A DNA stretch of 64,000 nt, from assembly GCA_963720965.1 (NCBI GenBank), contig CAVRHD010000002.1, positions 155,908-219,907 of the forward strand, in the 5' to 3' direction. Each line of letters opens with the position of its first letter. The stretch's first letter is position 1. Positions 17,589-26,429 of the stretch are shown here, in pieces. This DNA is from an uncultured Chloroflexia bacterium. Lineage in GTDB: Bacteria; Chloroflexota; Limnocylindria; Limnocylindrales; CSP1-4. Below the pieces are notes generated by a model, which was not told where the DNA came from, did no database searches, and saw nothing but the letters and a program-made list of their open reading frames with translations. The position numbers were made by a program, and so were the translations under genes.

Positions 17589-18791
17589 ATGAACGACGCC
17601 ATCGACCCCAACCTGGACCCTGAGCGCCCGCTGCCCGGTCCTCCCGATCCTTGGCAGGGTGCCGATCAGCCGGTCGACCGGGGCGGTTCACCGTGGTTCA
17701 TGACCGAGATGATCGCGGCCGAGCCGGCGTTCGCGGCCCGGTTGCTGACCAGGCTCGCCGAGGCCGAGTCGACCCAGCGACTGGCCGCGGAGCTGCGCGC
17801 GGCAGCCGAGTCGGGCCAGCAGGTGCTCGTCGTGGGCTGCGGCACGAGCGAGCACGGCGCGATCGGCGTCACCGAGATCCTGCGGGACGCCTGGCGGTCA
17901 GCTGGACTGCCGGGGGCAGGTCCGGTCGAGGCCCAGGCATTCGAAGCGAGCCTTGATCCGCAGCCCGGCCTGTGCATCGCCGTCAGCCACGACGGCGGGA
18001 CGTGGGCGACGAGCCGCGCGATCGAGGCGGCCCGGGGTGCCGGCGCCCGCACGGCGATCATCACGGTCAGTGGCCGGGCGCCTGGGGCGCAGGGCATCGA
18101 CATCGTGCTCGAGACCCTGGAGCGAGACCAGAGCTACTGCCACACGATCGGCTACACGTCGCCGCTCCTGGCGGCTGCCGCGGTCGGCGCGGTCCTCTCG
18201 GACCAGCCCATCGACCCGGCCGCCGTCCGGATCCTGATGGCTGCCGGGATAGGCCAGGAAGCGGGGCGGGCTGCCGAATCGATCGCAGCCGGCCTGGCCG
18301 GCACCCGGCCGATCCTCGCCATCGGCTCGGGCGCCGATCGAGGCGCGGCGCGCGAGCTCGTGCTGAAGCTGGAGGAGGGAACCTGGATCCCGGCCGCGAT
18401 GCGCGACCTCGAGACGTTCGCCCATGGCCATCTGCCGTCGACGGAAAGCTCGACCGGGCTGGTCCTGGTGCTGGCCGAGCGGCGCGGCCGGGCCGAGCGG
18501 GTGGATCGCGCCCGCCAGGTCCTGGCAGCCTCGCGATCGATCGGCATCCGGGTGGCCGGGATCTTCTCGAGCGAGGTCGACGCGGCGCTTGAGCCGGCCC
18601 TCACCCCGCTGGGCCGGATCGTCGTGCCCGAGGCTCATCGCCTCCCCGCGCCGGTGGCGGCCCTGCTCGGGACGGCCACGCCGCTTCAGCTCCTCGTCGA
18701 GCGGCTCGCCCGGCGAGTCGGGACCAACCCGGACCCGATCCGGCGCGGCGATCCCCGCTACGCGGCTGCCGCCGCGCGCCTCGAAGGCTAG
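17589..18791 (+). CDS. double SIS-domain sugar-phosphate isomerase/deaminase-like protein (GlmS isomerase-domain / FrlB-like)
   Basis: PWFMTEMIAAEP resembles the GlmS isomerase-domain entry motif. The first SIS domain shows VLVVGCGTSEHGAIG...CIAVSHDGGTWATSRAIEAARGAGARTAIITV. The second shows ILAIGSGADRGAARELVLKLEE. There is no glutaminase domain. Confidence 0.7.
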   Translation: MNDAIDPNLDPERPLPGPPDPWQGADQPVDRGGSPWFMTEMIAAEPAFAARLLTRLAEAESTQRLAAELRAAAESGQQVLVVGCGTSEHGAIGVTEILRDAWRSAGLPGAGPVEAQAFEASLDPQPGLCIAVSHDGGTWATSRAIEAARGAGARTAIITVSGRAPGAQGIDIVLETLERDQSYCHTIGYTSPLLAAAAVGAVLSDQPIDPAAVRILMAAGIGQEAGRAAESIAAGLAGTRPILAIGSGADRGAARELVLKLEEGTWIPAAMRDLETFAHGHLPSTESSTGLVLVLAERRGRAERVDRARQVLAASRSIGIRVAGIFSSEVDAALEPALTPLGRIVVPEAHRLPAPVAALLGTATPLQLLVERLARRVGTNPDPIRRGDPRYAAAAARLEG

Positions 18792-18931
18792 CCAGGGCTG
18801 GACCACCAGCCGCGAAGACGGCGCTGACGGGTGCCGGTTCAGGACGTTGTCAGGCATCCCGGCGATACTGTCGGCGCGACTGTCAATCGGCCCTGCCCGC
18901 GGGCAGGTCTTCCCCAGCCCCGGAGCCTTCC

Positions 18932-20131
18932 TTGCCATCCCGCCAAACCCAGCCGCCCGACTCGACCGAGCCGGGCAGCGATTCGGTCGACCAGCCGATC
19001 GACGATTACGAGTACGAAGATGGTCCGAGCCGTCGGACATTCCTCGTGGTGGCCCTGGTCGCGGTCGTCGCCGTCGTCCTGGGCGGCGCGGCCCTGGCCG
19101 TGACCCTGATGCGCCCAGCCGCAAGTGCCTCGACGGACGCGTGTCGGTCGCTGGCATGGGCAGCGCTGCCTGATCAATCCACCCTGCCGTCCGGCTGGAG
19201 CCTCGCCGGCAGTGGCTTCTACTCGGACGGCTACAGCACCTCGGTCATCGGTCCGGCAGCCAGCGGCGCAACGGACGTGCCGTCGATCTACGTCCGGTTG
19301 AATTGCCTGGGCAGCGACGACCACCTCGCCCTGACCCGCTCGCACGACGCGGCCGTCGCGGCCGGCGCCACGGCCGTCGCCTTTGCCAAGCTGGGCGACG
19401 AGTCCTTTGCCCTGCAGGATCCGACCGGCGGTACCGACGTCTACTTCCGCCAAAGCGGGATCGTCGTCTACCTCGTTGCCTCGACGACCGTGGCCCCGGC
19501 CGACCTGCAGCAATCGGCGACCGCGTTCGACCTTGCCATCGCCGGCGCGACCGGCTCGAGCGGATCAAACGTGATCTCGAGCATCTCGTCGCCGCCGCCG
19601 CCGCCGGCCGGCGCCTCCACCGCGCCGGTCGGTGCCGCAAGCCCGGCGCCCTCGGCCGGACCTTCGAGTACGCCGTCGCACACGGTGCCAGCGCTCGAGG
19701 CGATCCTGCCCCAGTCGGTCAATGGCACGCCGTTCTCGACCCAGAGCCTGACCGGGACGGACGCCCTCGGCACGGACGCGGCCAGCGTGTCGCTCGCGGC
19801 CTCGATCAAGGGCTTTGGCAAGACGCCGGCCGACTTCCAGGTGGCCGAGTCGTACGACAACACGGGCACGGTTGCGGTCACGATCATCGGGTTCCGCGTC
19901 GTTGGCGTCGACGGAACGCCCGTCCGCCAGGCCATCATCGCAAGCTGGCTGGCCGCCGCCGGATCAGGCGTGACCACATCCCCTGCGACCGTTTCCGGCA
20001 AGTCGCTGATCAAGGTTGACTACGGCGACGGTGGCCCGCTCGACTACGTCTACGTTCACGGCCAGGACGTGTTCGACGTCTCGACCGCCGACACGACCCT
20101 GGCGGCCACGGTCCTCAGCCAGCTGCCCTGA
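18932..20131 (+). CDS. hypothetical membrane-anchored extracytoplasmic protein (two domains joined by a Pro/Ser/Ala linker)
   Basis: Acidic cytoplasmic N-terminus (DQPIDDYEYEDGP), then one TM helix (FLVVALVAVVAVVLGGAALAVTLM). Two ~130-150 aa domains are separated by SSPPPPPAGASTAPVGAASPAPSAGPSSTPS. No family recognised. Confidence 0.6.
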   Translation: MPSRQTQPPDSTEPGSDSVDQPIDDYEYEDGPSRRTFLVVALVAVVAVVLGGAALAVTLMRPAASASTDACRSLAWAALPDQSTLPSGWSLAGSGFYSDGYSTSVIGPAASGATDVPSIYVRLNCLGSDDHLALTRSHDAAVAAGATAVAFAKLGDESFALQDPTGGTDVYFRQSGIVVYLVASTTVAPADLQQSATAFDLAIAGATGSSGSNVISSISSPPPPPAGASTAPVGAASPAPSAGPSSTPSHTVPALEAILPQSVNGTPFSTQSLTGTDALGTDAASVSLAASIKGFGKTPADFQVAESYDNTGTVAVTIIGFRVVGVDGTPVRQAIIASWLAAAGSGVTTSPATVSGKSLIKVDYGDGGPLDYVYVHGQDVFDVSTADTTLAATVLSQLP

Positions 20132-20176
20132 TCCCGGCCGCCGGGCCGGCCGGTCGAGGCGCTACCCTTCAGGCGG

Positions 20177-20263
20177 GCCGAAGTGGCGGAACCGGCAGAC
20201 GCGGCGGACTTAAAATCCGTTGCCCGCAAGGGCGTGTGGGTTCGATCCCCACCTTCGGCACCA
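20177..20263 (+). tRNA. tRNA-Leu (anticodon TAA), CCA encoded
   Basis: GCCGAAGTGGCGGAACCGGCAGACGCG. Anticodon stem GCGGA/TCCGT with loop CTTAAAA. Long variable arm. T-arm TGGGTTCGATCCCCA. 3' CTTCGGCACCA. Confidence 0.9.
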
Positions 20264-20321
20264 AGGGCGGGTCGACCGCCGGGCCCGGCCTCCGGGCGCC
20301 CAGCCAATTCGACGATCGCAC

Positions 20322-21632
20322 CTATTGCCTGATCTTCAACGTGCTCAGGACCTGCTCGGCCTCGGCGTCGAAGACATTGAACTCGGCCTCGGACGGAGCC
20401 TGGATGAGGAACAGGATGATCCGGTCGTCCAGGGACGATACCTCGAACCTGACGCGTGTTCCGACGTCGAGCACGCTGTGTTCGTTGCTAGGGGTGAGGG
20501 CCACGGAGAGTGGGCTCGTGTAGCTGCAGGCGAAGGCCGGCACGACGCTGACATCGAACTCGGTCGTCGCCAGGTCGCCGAAGTGGCGGAGGACGCCTCC
20601 CGGCGGGCGCAGGCTCAGACCCTTGTTCGCGCGGGCCCAGGCGACGAACTGGGTTTCCGGGTCGGCCCCGAGGGATGGGCCGGGGTTGTTGCCGCAGGGG
20701 TCGTTGGTAGGCTCAAAATCGGTGAATATCGAGATCCTGTCTTCGGGGCTGGTTTGTCGCTCCAGGCCGAAGTCCGTCTCCTGCCAGCCCGGATCGATGT
20801 CGACAGACAGGCCTGGCACCAACTCGTACTGGGCTGGTGCGGGCGACAGTAGGTCAGGCGAGAGACTGGCTCCGAGGCTGCTGACAGGGCTGCTCGCAAG
20901 GCCCAACGGCAACGTCGTGCCGAGCGCCACCGGACTCGGCGAGGCGCCTGGTCCGGCCGAGCCCACCAGGAGCCGGACGCCCACGACCGCAACGACGACG
21001 AGCATGACCAGGCCCGTGAGCGCCAGGACCGCCCTGGCCGGTGCTGTGGCGATCCGCCGGCCGTCGGTTCGGGTCCCGGCGCCGGGCGGTGCGACCCCGA
21101 GATCGAGGGCATAGGCGTGGACCGGCTCGGCCAGGCCCTTGAGCTCCAGCAACCCACGATCGGCAAAGGACCAGCCGGCCCCGGCGGCCAGCTCACGAAC
21201 GGTCGCGCTGGCCAGGACCTCGCCCGGTCCGGCCGCGGCCATCAGGCGCGCCGCGACATGGACGGTGATCCCGGCCGCCTTGCCATCCTGGTGCTCGACC
21301 TCACCGGCATGGAGCCCGACCCGGACGGTGAGCCCCAGGGTGGCCACGTCACGTTCGATCTCGGACGCGCAGGCCAGCGCGTCGGTTGGCCGGGCGAAGG
21401 TGGCGAAGAAGCCGTCGCCGGCGGTGTCCTCTTCGCGGCCATCCGTCCGCCGGAGCGCGGCCCGGACGAGGCTGTGGTGGCGGGCGAGAACCGCCGCCCA
21501 GGCCCGATCACCGATTCGGGCGGCCTCCTCGGTCGAGCCGACGATGTCAGTGAACAGCACTGTCCGCAGGTCGCGCTGTCGGGAGCCCAACCACGATGGC
21601 ATCGCTCGATGAGTGTACGCATGGACGGTCAC
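20322..21632 (-). CDS. class III adenylate/guanylate cyclase with one TM helix and a C-terminal extracytoplasmic domain
   Basis: The N-terminal catalytic domain reads RTVLFTDIVGSTEEAARIGDRAWAAVLARHHSLVRAAL...DTAGDGFFATFARPTDALACA...VRVGLHAGEVE...GITVHVAARLMAAAGPGEVLAS. A TM helix follows (AVLALTGLVMLVVVAVVGVRLLV), then a ~200 aa uncharacterised C-terminal domain. Confidence 0.85.
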   Translation of the reverse strand: MTVHAYTHRAMPSWLGSRQRDLRTVLFTDIVGSTEEAARIGDRAWAAVLARHHSLVRAALRRTDGREEDTAGDGFFATFARPTDALACASEIERDVATLGLTVRVGLHAGEVEHQDGKAAGITVHVAARLMAAAGPGEVLASATVRELAAGAGWSFADRGLLELKGLAEPVHAYALDLGVAPPGAGTRTDGRRIATAPARAVLALTGLVMLVVVAVVGVRLLVGSAGPGASPSPVALGTTLPLGLASSPVSSLGASLSPDLLSPAPAQYELVPGLSVDIDPGWQETDFGLERQTSPEDRISIFTDFEPTNDPCGNNPGPSLGADPETQFVAWARANKGLSLRPPGGVLRHFGDLATTEFDVSVVPAFACSYTSPLSVALTPSNEHSVLDVGTRVRFEVSSLDDRIILFLIQAPSEAEFNVFDAEAEQVLSTLKIRQ

Positions 21633-21776
21633 GGGACGTCAACGTGGGAGGGGCTCGGGCGACTGGTAGGATGCGGGCCGGATCCGGCCGTCGTCGGGAA
21701 CCGGGATCGCCCCGCCGCCGTCCAGAGGTGCACGGGCGGCCCCGCCGCACCGGCTTGCCACGACCGGAGGTTGATC

Positions 21777-22709
21777 GTGAGACTCGGATCCCGGCTGATC
21801 CTGATCCTGGCCGCAATCGGCCTGCTCGCCGCGGCCTGCACCAGCGCCGGCTCGACTCCAGCCGGGTCGCCTTCGGCCGCCCCCTCGAGCCCGCCTTCGA
21901 CGCCGGCGACCAACCCACCGCCGGCCGGCAGCCCGGTTGCATCGAGCTCCGACGACCTCGTCCTGCGGGTCGCCTACGAGGGCGGCCTGCTCGCTCCGAA
22001 TGCCCAGCGCGCCCAGGTCCCGTTCCTGTCCGTGTATGCCGACGGCCGGATCATGATGACCGGGGCTGTTCCGGCGATCTATCCCGGGCCGCTGATGGCG
22101 ACGCTCGTGTTCCGCACGGTCGGTGCCGATGGGGCCGCGAACATCCTCGCGGCGGCTGCCGCCGCCGGGCTGACCGGAGCCGATACCACTTATCCGGCGG
22201 GCCCGACCCTGGACGTACCGGACACCGTGATCACGGTGGTCCACGACGGCCGTCGGACGGTGTCGACATTCGGATTCCTTGGCGCCGATGCCGCTGGCGG
22301 TCCGCCTTCGAGCAATCCCGCGAGCCAGGCCATTGCCGCCGCTTCAGCGCTGGTCGGGCGACTGTCCGGCAACGATTCGTTCGGTGGGACCGTGGGCGCC
22401 GAAGGGACGTACCAGCCGCTCGGCTTCCAGCTGTTCGTCACGCCGGGCGGGCCCCAGGCAACCGATCCGAGCCTGGCCCGGCCGGCCGTTGCCTGGCCGC
22501 TGGCGACGCCCCTGGCGTCCTTCGGCAAGGCGGACCCGCTCGGGGGAAACGGTGCCCGGGTGGGCGTCGTGAGCGGCTCCGACGCGGCGACCCTCGGCCC
22601 GATTCTCGCTTCGGCCAGCCAGCTCACCGGATTCACCTCCGGCGGGACCGAGTGGACGATCGTGCCCCGGCCGTTTTTGCCCGACGAGGTTGCCGCGCTG
22701 GGCGGATGA
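21777..22709 (+). CDS. hypothetical lipoprotein
   Basis: GTG 21777 lies 6 nt after GGAGG. Signal peptide with lipobox: RLGSRLILILAAIGLLAAAC. A Pro/Ser linker and a ~250 aa domain of unknown family follow. The upstream part of ORF 21117.. is antisense to the cyclase gene. Confidence 0.65.
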   Translation: MRLGSRLILILAAIGLLAAACTSAGSTPAGSPSAAPSSPPSTPATNPPPAGSPVASSSDDLVLRVAYEGGLLAPNAQRAQVPFLSVYADGRIMMTGAVPAIYPGPLMATLVFRTVGADGAANILAAAAAAGLTGADTTYPAGPTLDVPDTVITVVHDGRRTVSTFGFLGADAAGGPPSSNPASQAIAAASALVGRLSGNDSFGGTVGAEGTYQPLGFQLFVTPGGPQATDPSLARPAVAWPLATPLASFGKADPLGGNGARVGVVSGSDAATLGPILASASQLTGFTSGGTEWTIVPRPFLPDEVAALGG

Positions 22710-22718
22710 TCGCAGGGC

Positions 22719-23744
22719 ATGGAAGTCCTGCTCCGTCGAGTCCTGACCAGCCCACGGTCCGACCAGCTCGCGGCCGCGGTCCGCTGGGCCTGGCCCATCT
22801 TCCTGGCCGCCTGGTTCGCCTGGCAGACATGGCAACGGATCTCGTACTTCGTCGAGCACCACTTTCCCCTTGGAATCGACGCCAGGATCTACTACCGGGG
22901 CGTGGTCGCCTGGCTCAACGGCGGGAATCCGTGGGACGCGGCGGTCACCGTCGGCGGTAGCCCGTACCACTACGCCGGCTCGCCCGTCACGACCGTCCTG
23001 CTCGCGCCGGCGGCCCTGTTTAGCGAGGACGCCTTCACCGCGATCTGGCTGGGACTGACGGCCATCGCGATCGTGTGGACCCTGCGCCGGCTGCACCTGC
23101 CGCTGTGGTGGCTGCTCTTCCCGCCGATCAGCGAAGCCCTGTTCTCGGGCAACCCGCAGCTGATCGTGCTGGCCCTGATCCTGTCCAATTCCGTGTGGCT
23201 GGCGGCGATCGGCACGGGCCTCAAGGTCTACGCCTTCGTTCCCCTGGCCGGCGAAAGCCGCTGGCGGGCCATCGCCGTCGCGGTTGTCCTCAACGCCGCG
23301 ACGATCGTCATCGCGCCGAACCTCTGGTCACGCTATCTGGGTGCCTTCAGCGCCATCTCGACCCGGCTCCAGTTCGAGTCGCTGGAGGGCTACTCGGCGT
23401 TCTATTTCCCGGCCCTCTTGGTCGTTACGGTCGCCGCCCTGGTCATCCTGGCCTTGCGAGATCGGCGGACCGCCGGCTGGTTGACCGTCCCGGCCATCTG
23501 GCCGGCCAGCCAACTCCACTACTCGACGATGGTGCTACCGGTCATGACTCCGCTGCTGGCGTTCTTCCTGGCGATCCCGATCCTGCGCCTCCCGCCCGAG
23601 ATCATCGTGGTCGAGATCGTCCGCCGGCTCGTCGCCCCGTCGGTGACGGCCTACGTGGGCCGGCTGCGCGGGCCGGCGGCGCCGGCCGACCCACCAACGT
23701 CTCCGGCCAAACCTTCAGCGTCTCCGGCCGAACAGGCCACCTGA
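22719..23744 (+). CDS. polytopic membrane protein, possibly GT87/DUF2029-like glycosyltransferase
   Basis: 341 aa with ~8-9 hydrophobic segments. The first loop, LGIDARIYYRGVVAWLNGGNPWD, resembles the D-x-x-Y-Y...G...Y loop of DUF2029/GT87 mannosyltransferase-like proteins. The family assignment is from memory and is not verified. Confidence 0.55.
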   Translation: MEVLLRRVLTSPRSDQLAAAVRWAWPIFLAAWFAWQTWQRISYFVEHHFPLGIDARIYYRGVVAWLNGGNPWDAAVTVGGSPYHYAGSPVTTVLLAPAALFSEDAFTAIWLGLTAIAIVWTLRRLHLPLWWLLFPPISEALFSGNPQLIVLALILSNSVWLAAIGTGLKVYAFVPLAGESRWRAIAVAVVLNAATIVIAPNLWSRYLGAFSAISTRLQFESLEGYSAFYFPALLVVTVAALVILALRDRRTAGWLTVPAIWPASQLHYSTMVLPVMTPLLAFFLAIPILRLPPEIIVVEIVRRLVAPSVTAYVGRLRGPAAPADPPTSPAKPSASPAEQAT

Positions 23745-24944
23745 CTTGCGATCTTCGACCGGCGCCGGTCCGCCGACGAGGACGGGCGTGCCCTGTTCGT
23801 CGAAGGCCAACGAGGCAATCTGGGCGAATCGCTCAGCGATCACGGTCCGGGCAGCTCCCCGAACGAGCGGGATCCCCTCGTTGACCGCCTTCTGGTACAG
23901 GAATGGATCGTAGGGCAGGTCGAGGGCGATCTTTGCCCCCAGGCCGCTTTCCACGTCGCGCAGCTTGAGGATCTCCCGGGCGAACAGGTTGTTCAGGATG
24001 AAGCTGGTCTTGCTCACGACCGAGCTGGTTTCGTTGAGGTAGTCGATCAGCACGTGCACCGCCTTGAGCGCGGCGATGTCGGGGTAGATCGGGATGACCA
24101 CGCCCTCGGCCCGATCGAGGACGGACAGGCTCCGTTCGTCGAGGTACGAGCCGGCGTCGACGACGACCGCCTCGTACGCCGCGCAGGTCGTGCTCAGGAG
24201 CTCCTCGACATGGGCGACCGAGACCGTTTCGGCGAGCTCGGGCGAGCCCGGCGCGGCAAACACCGCAAGGCCGTAGCTGGTCAACGCGGCATACGAGCGG
24301 ATCAGCTCGATGTCGCGCCGTGACTGGTCGTCCCGGGCCAGATCGGCCAGGGTTTGCTTGGGACGAACATTCAGGTGGGTCGCGACCTGCCCGAACTGGA
24401 GGTCAAGGTCGATGATTGCAACCCGGCCCGGCCGGCGCTCGGCCATGACTGTGGCCACGTTCGTGGCCAGGGTGGTCGTGCCTGCCCCACCCTTGGGGCT
24501 GTACACGGCAACGAGCGTCCGCGCCCGGCTCATGGTCGTCTCGCTGCTCATGAGCGGAGTGAGCTCGCGTGAGCTGTGGAAGCGGACGGCCAGGGCTTCG
24601 ACCCGTGCCTCCAACTCGCGACCATCGAACGGCTTGGCGATTACGTCGTCGGCACCCGCCTCGAGGAAGCGGATTCGCTCTTCGACGTCATCGCTCTGGC
24701 AGATGCACAGGACGGGGATCGAGGCGAGCTCGATCCGCGATCGAAGCTCGCGGCACACGTCCGAGGCGGTCGTCGACGGATCGGTGACGTCGATGATGAC
24801 CAGGGTGTGCTCGGCCGCGGCGGCCACCACGGCCGCGGCGTCGGCCATGACCGTGACCATCGAGCCGGCCGATGACAAGGTTCGCTGGATCAGCTCGGCG
24901 CTCGGGGCGTCATGTTCGAGTAGCAGGATGGAACTGGCGGGCAC
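23715..24944 (-). CDS. response-regulator receiver domain fused to a ParA/MinD-type (CpaE/TadZ-like) P-loop ATPase
   Basis: The REC domain reads ILLLEHD...LVIIDVTDP...ICQSDD...GADDVIAKPF. The deviant Walker A region is VAVYSPKGGAGTTTLATNVATVMAE, followed by VAIIDLDLQFGQV. The start is placed at GTG 24944 (GGAGAA upstream). The ORF-track start at 25082 would lie 20 nt from the rpsF start. Confidence 0.8.
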   Translation of the reverse strand: MPASSILLLEHDAPSAELIQRTLSSAGSMVTVMADAAAVVAAAAEHTLVIIDVTDPSTTASDVCRELRSRIELASIPVLCICQSDDVEERIRFLEAGADDVIAKPFDGRELEARVEALAVRFHSSRELTPLMSSETTMSRARTLVAVYSPKGGAGTTTLATNVATVMAERRPGRVAIIDLDLQFGQVATHLNVRPKQTLADLARDDQSRRDIELIRSYAALTSYGLAVFAAPGSPELAETVSVAHVEELLSTTCAAYEAVVVDAGSYLDERSLSVLDRAEGVVIPIYPDIAALKAVHVLIDYLNETSSVVSKTSFILNNLFAREILKLRDVESGLGAKIALDLPYDPFLYQKAVNEGIPLVRGAARTVIAERFAQIASLAFDEQGTPVLVGGPAPVEDRKSGGLFGRRR

Positions 24945-25101
24945 AGGTTCTCCGGGCTGCTGACAACGGGTTGATGTCAGGATACAACGTGATCGGGGGA
25001 GGTCCCGATGCCATGCTAGACTTGGGCCCTTGGTCCTTTCGGCTCCGCCCCGGCTCGGCCGGCTCAGCGCGGGCATACCCACAGGAAGGAGTTACGCGCG
25101 C

Positions 25102-25539
25102 GTGCGCCGATACGAACTCATGCTCGTCCTCCGGCCGGACCTGGCCGACGACAAGAGCCAGGCCCTGATCGACCGGGTGACCCGACAGGTCACGACGAGC
25201 GGTGGCCAGATCCTCAAGGTCGCCCCATGGGGTCGCCGCCGCCTGGCCTACCCCATTGACCGCCACCGCGAGGGCTCGTACCACATCATCCATTTCGAGG
25301 CGCCGGCCGAGTCGATCGTGGAGCTCGAGCGGAGCCTCCTGATCACCGAGGAGCTCCTGCGTCACCTCGTGACCCGGGTCGAGCGTCCGATCAAGTCGTC
25401 GCGCCATCCCGATTCGACCGATCCGCTGGGCGATGACGAGGATCGCCTGCCGCCCGGCGAGGATGACGACTACGACCAGCCGCCGGGCGAGCTGATCGAC
25501 GAATCCGAGAGCGAAGCCGCTCCCGCGGCGATCGACTGA
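25102..25539 (+). CDS. rpsF: 30S ribosomal protein S6
   Basis: VRRYELMLVLRPDLADDKSQALIDRVTRQVTTSGGQILKVAPWGRRRLAYPIDRHREGSYHIIHFEA. GTG 25102 follows AGGAAGGA. Acidic C-terminal tail. rpsF-ssb-rpsR order. Confidence 0.9.
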   Translation: MRRYELMLVLRPDLADDKSQALIDRVTRQVTTSGGQILKVAPWGRRRLAYPIDRHREGSYHIIHFEAPAESIVELERSLLITEELLRHLVTRVERPIKSSRHPDSTDPLGDDEDRLPPGEDDDYDQPPGELIDESESEAAPAAID

Positions 25540-25558
25540 GCAGGCGGAGGACAGCGTC

Positions 25559-26056
25559 GTGTCGCTCAACAAGGCGATGATCATCGGCAATCTCGGGCGC
25601 GATCCCGAGATGCGCTACACGCCCAGCGGGCAGGCCGTCACCCAGTTCACGGTCGCCGTGAATCGGAACTACAAGGGCCAGAACGGCGAGTGGCAGGAAG
25701 AGACCGAATGGTTCCGGGTCGTCGTCTGGGGCCAGCAGGCCGAGCGCGCCGCCGAGTACCTGCGCAAGGGCAACAAGGTCTACATCGAGGGCCGCCTGCA
25801 GACCCGCCAGTGGGAAGACAAGGATGGCCAGAAGCGCTACACCACCGAGCTCGTCGCCAACCAGGTGACCAACCTGGAGCGGCGCAACCGCGATGACGAC
25901 GGTGATCCGGGACCGACCGGCGGGGCTGCCGCGGGCGGCGCCGGTGGGTCGACCGCTGGCAGCACCGTTCGGCCCACCCGGCCGACCCAGGGCGATGAGC
26001 CGGGCGGGCCGGGCGACAAGCTCGATGAGGGCAATTTCGACGACCTGCCGTTCTAG
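25559..26056 (+). CDS. ssb: single-stranded DNA-binding protein
   Basis: MSLNKAMIIGNLGRDPEMRYTPSGQAVTQFTVAVNR...WFRVVVWGQQAE...VYIEGRLQTRQWEDKDGQKRYTTELVA is the OB fold. It is followed by a Gly-rich linker and the C-terminal tip DDLPF. Confidence 0.95.
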   Translation: MSLNKAMIIGNLGRDPEMRYTPSGQAVTQFTVAVNRNYKGQNGEWQEETEWFRVVVWGQQAERAAEYLRKGNKVYIEGRLQTRQWEDKDGQKRYTTELVANQVTNLERRNRDDDGDPGPTGGAAAGGAGGSTAGSTVRPTRPTQGDEPGGPGDKLDEGNFDDLPF

Positions 26057-26126
26057 CGGCTGAACCAACCACGACCGACCTTCGACCGCTTGGCGGACGA
26101 GATCCAACCGGGAGACCTGAAGACCG

Positions 26127-26399
26127 ATGCCCCCGATCCAGAGCAAATCGAAGAAGCGCGACGACTACTACCGCGACCGGCGCCGGCGGAAGGTCTGCGC
26201 GTTCTGCGCGGACAAGACCGTCCTGATCGACTACAAGGAGGTCAATCGCCTCCGGCGCTACCTGTCCGAGCGAGCGAAGATCGAGCCCCGGCGCAAGACC
26301 GGCACGTGCGCCGGACACCAGCGCGAGCTGTCGGTCGCCCTCAAGCGAGCTCGCCACGTCGCGCTCCTGCCGTACGCGCCCCAGCACCTCCGCCCCTGA
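26127..26399 (+). CDS. rpsR: 30S ribosomal protein S18
   Basis: [62 protein letters not shown]. Confidence 0.95.
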   Translation: MPPIQSKSKKRDDYYRDRRRRKVCAFCADKTVLIDYKEVNRLRRYLSERAKIEPRRKTGTCAGHQRELSVALKRARHVALLPYAPQHLRP

Positions 26400-26429
26400 T
26401 CCGGTGAGCCCCGGGGTCGGAACAGCCCG

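Noticed and set aside
17422-17592. Small ORFs upstream of the SIS gene: an 18-codon ORF after GAGGAG (GTG 17433), and a frame containing a lipobox-like LLVGC whose TGA overlaps the SIS ATG
   Set aside because: The lipobox frame has no usable start codon upstream of the hydrophobic stretch and runs back into tRNA-Cys. The 18-codon ORF is too short to support without conservation data.
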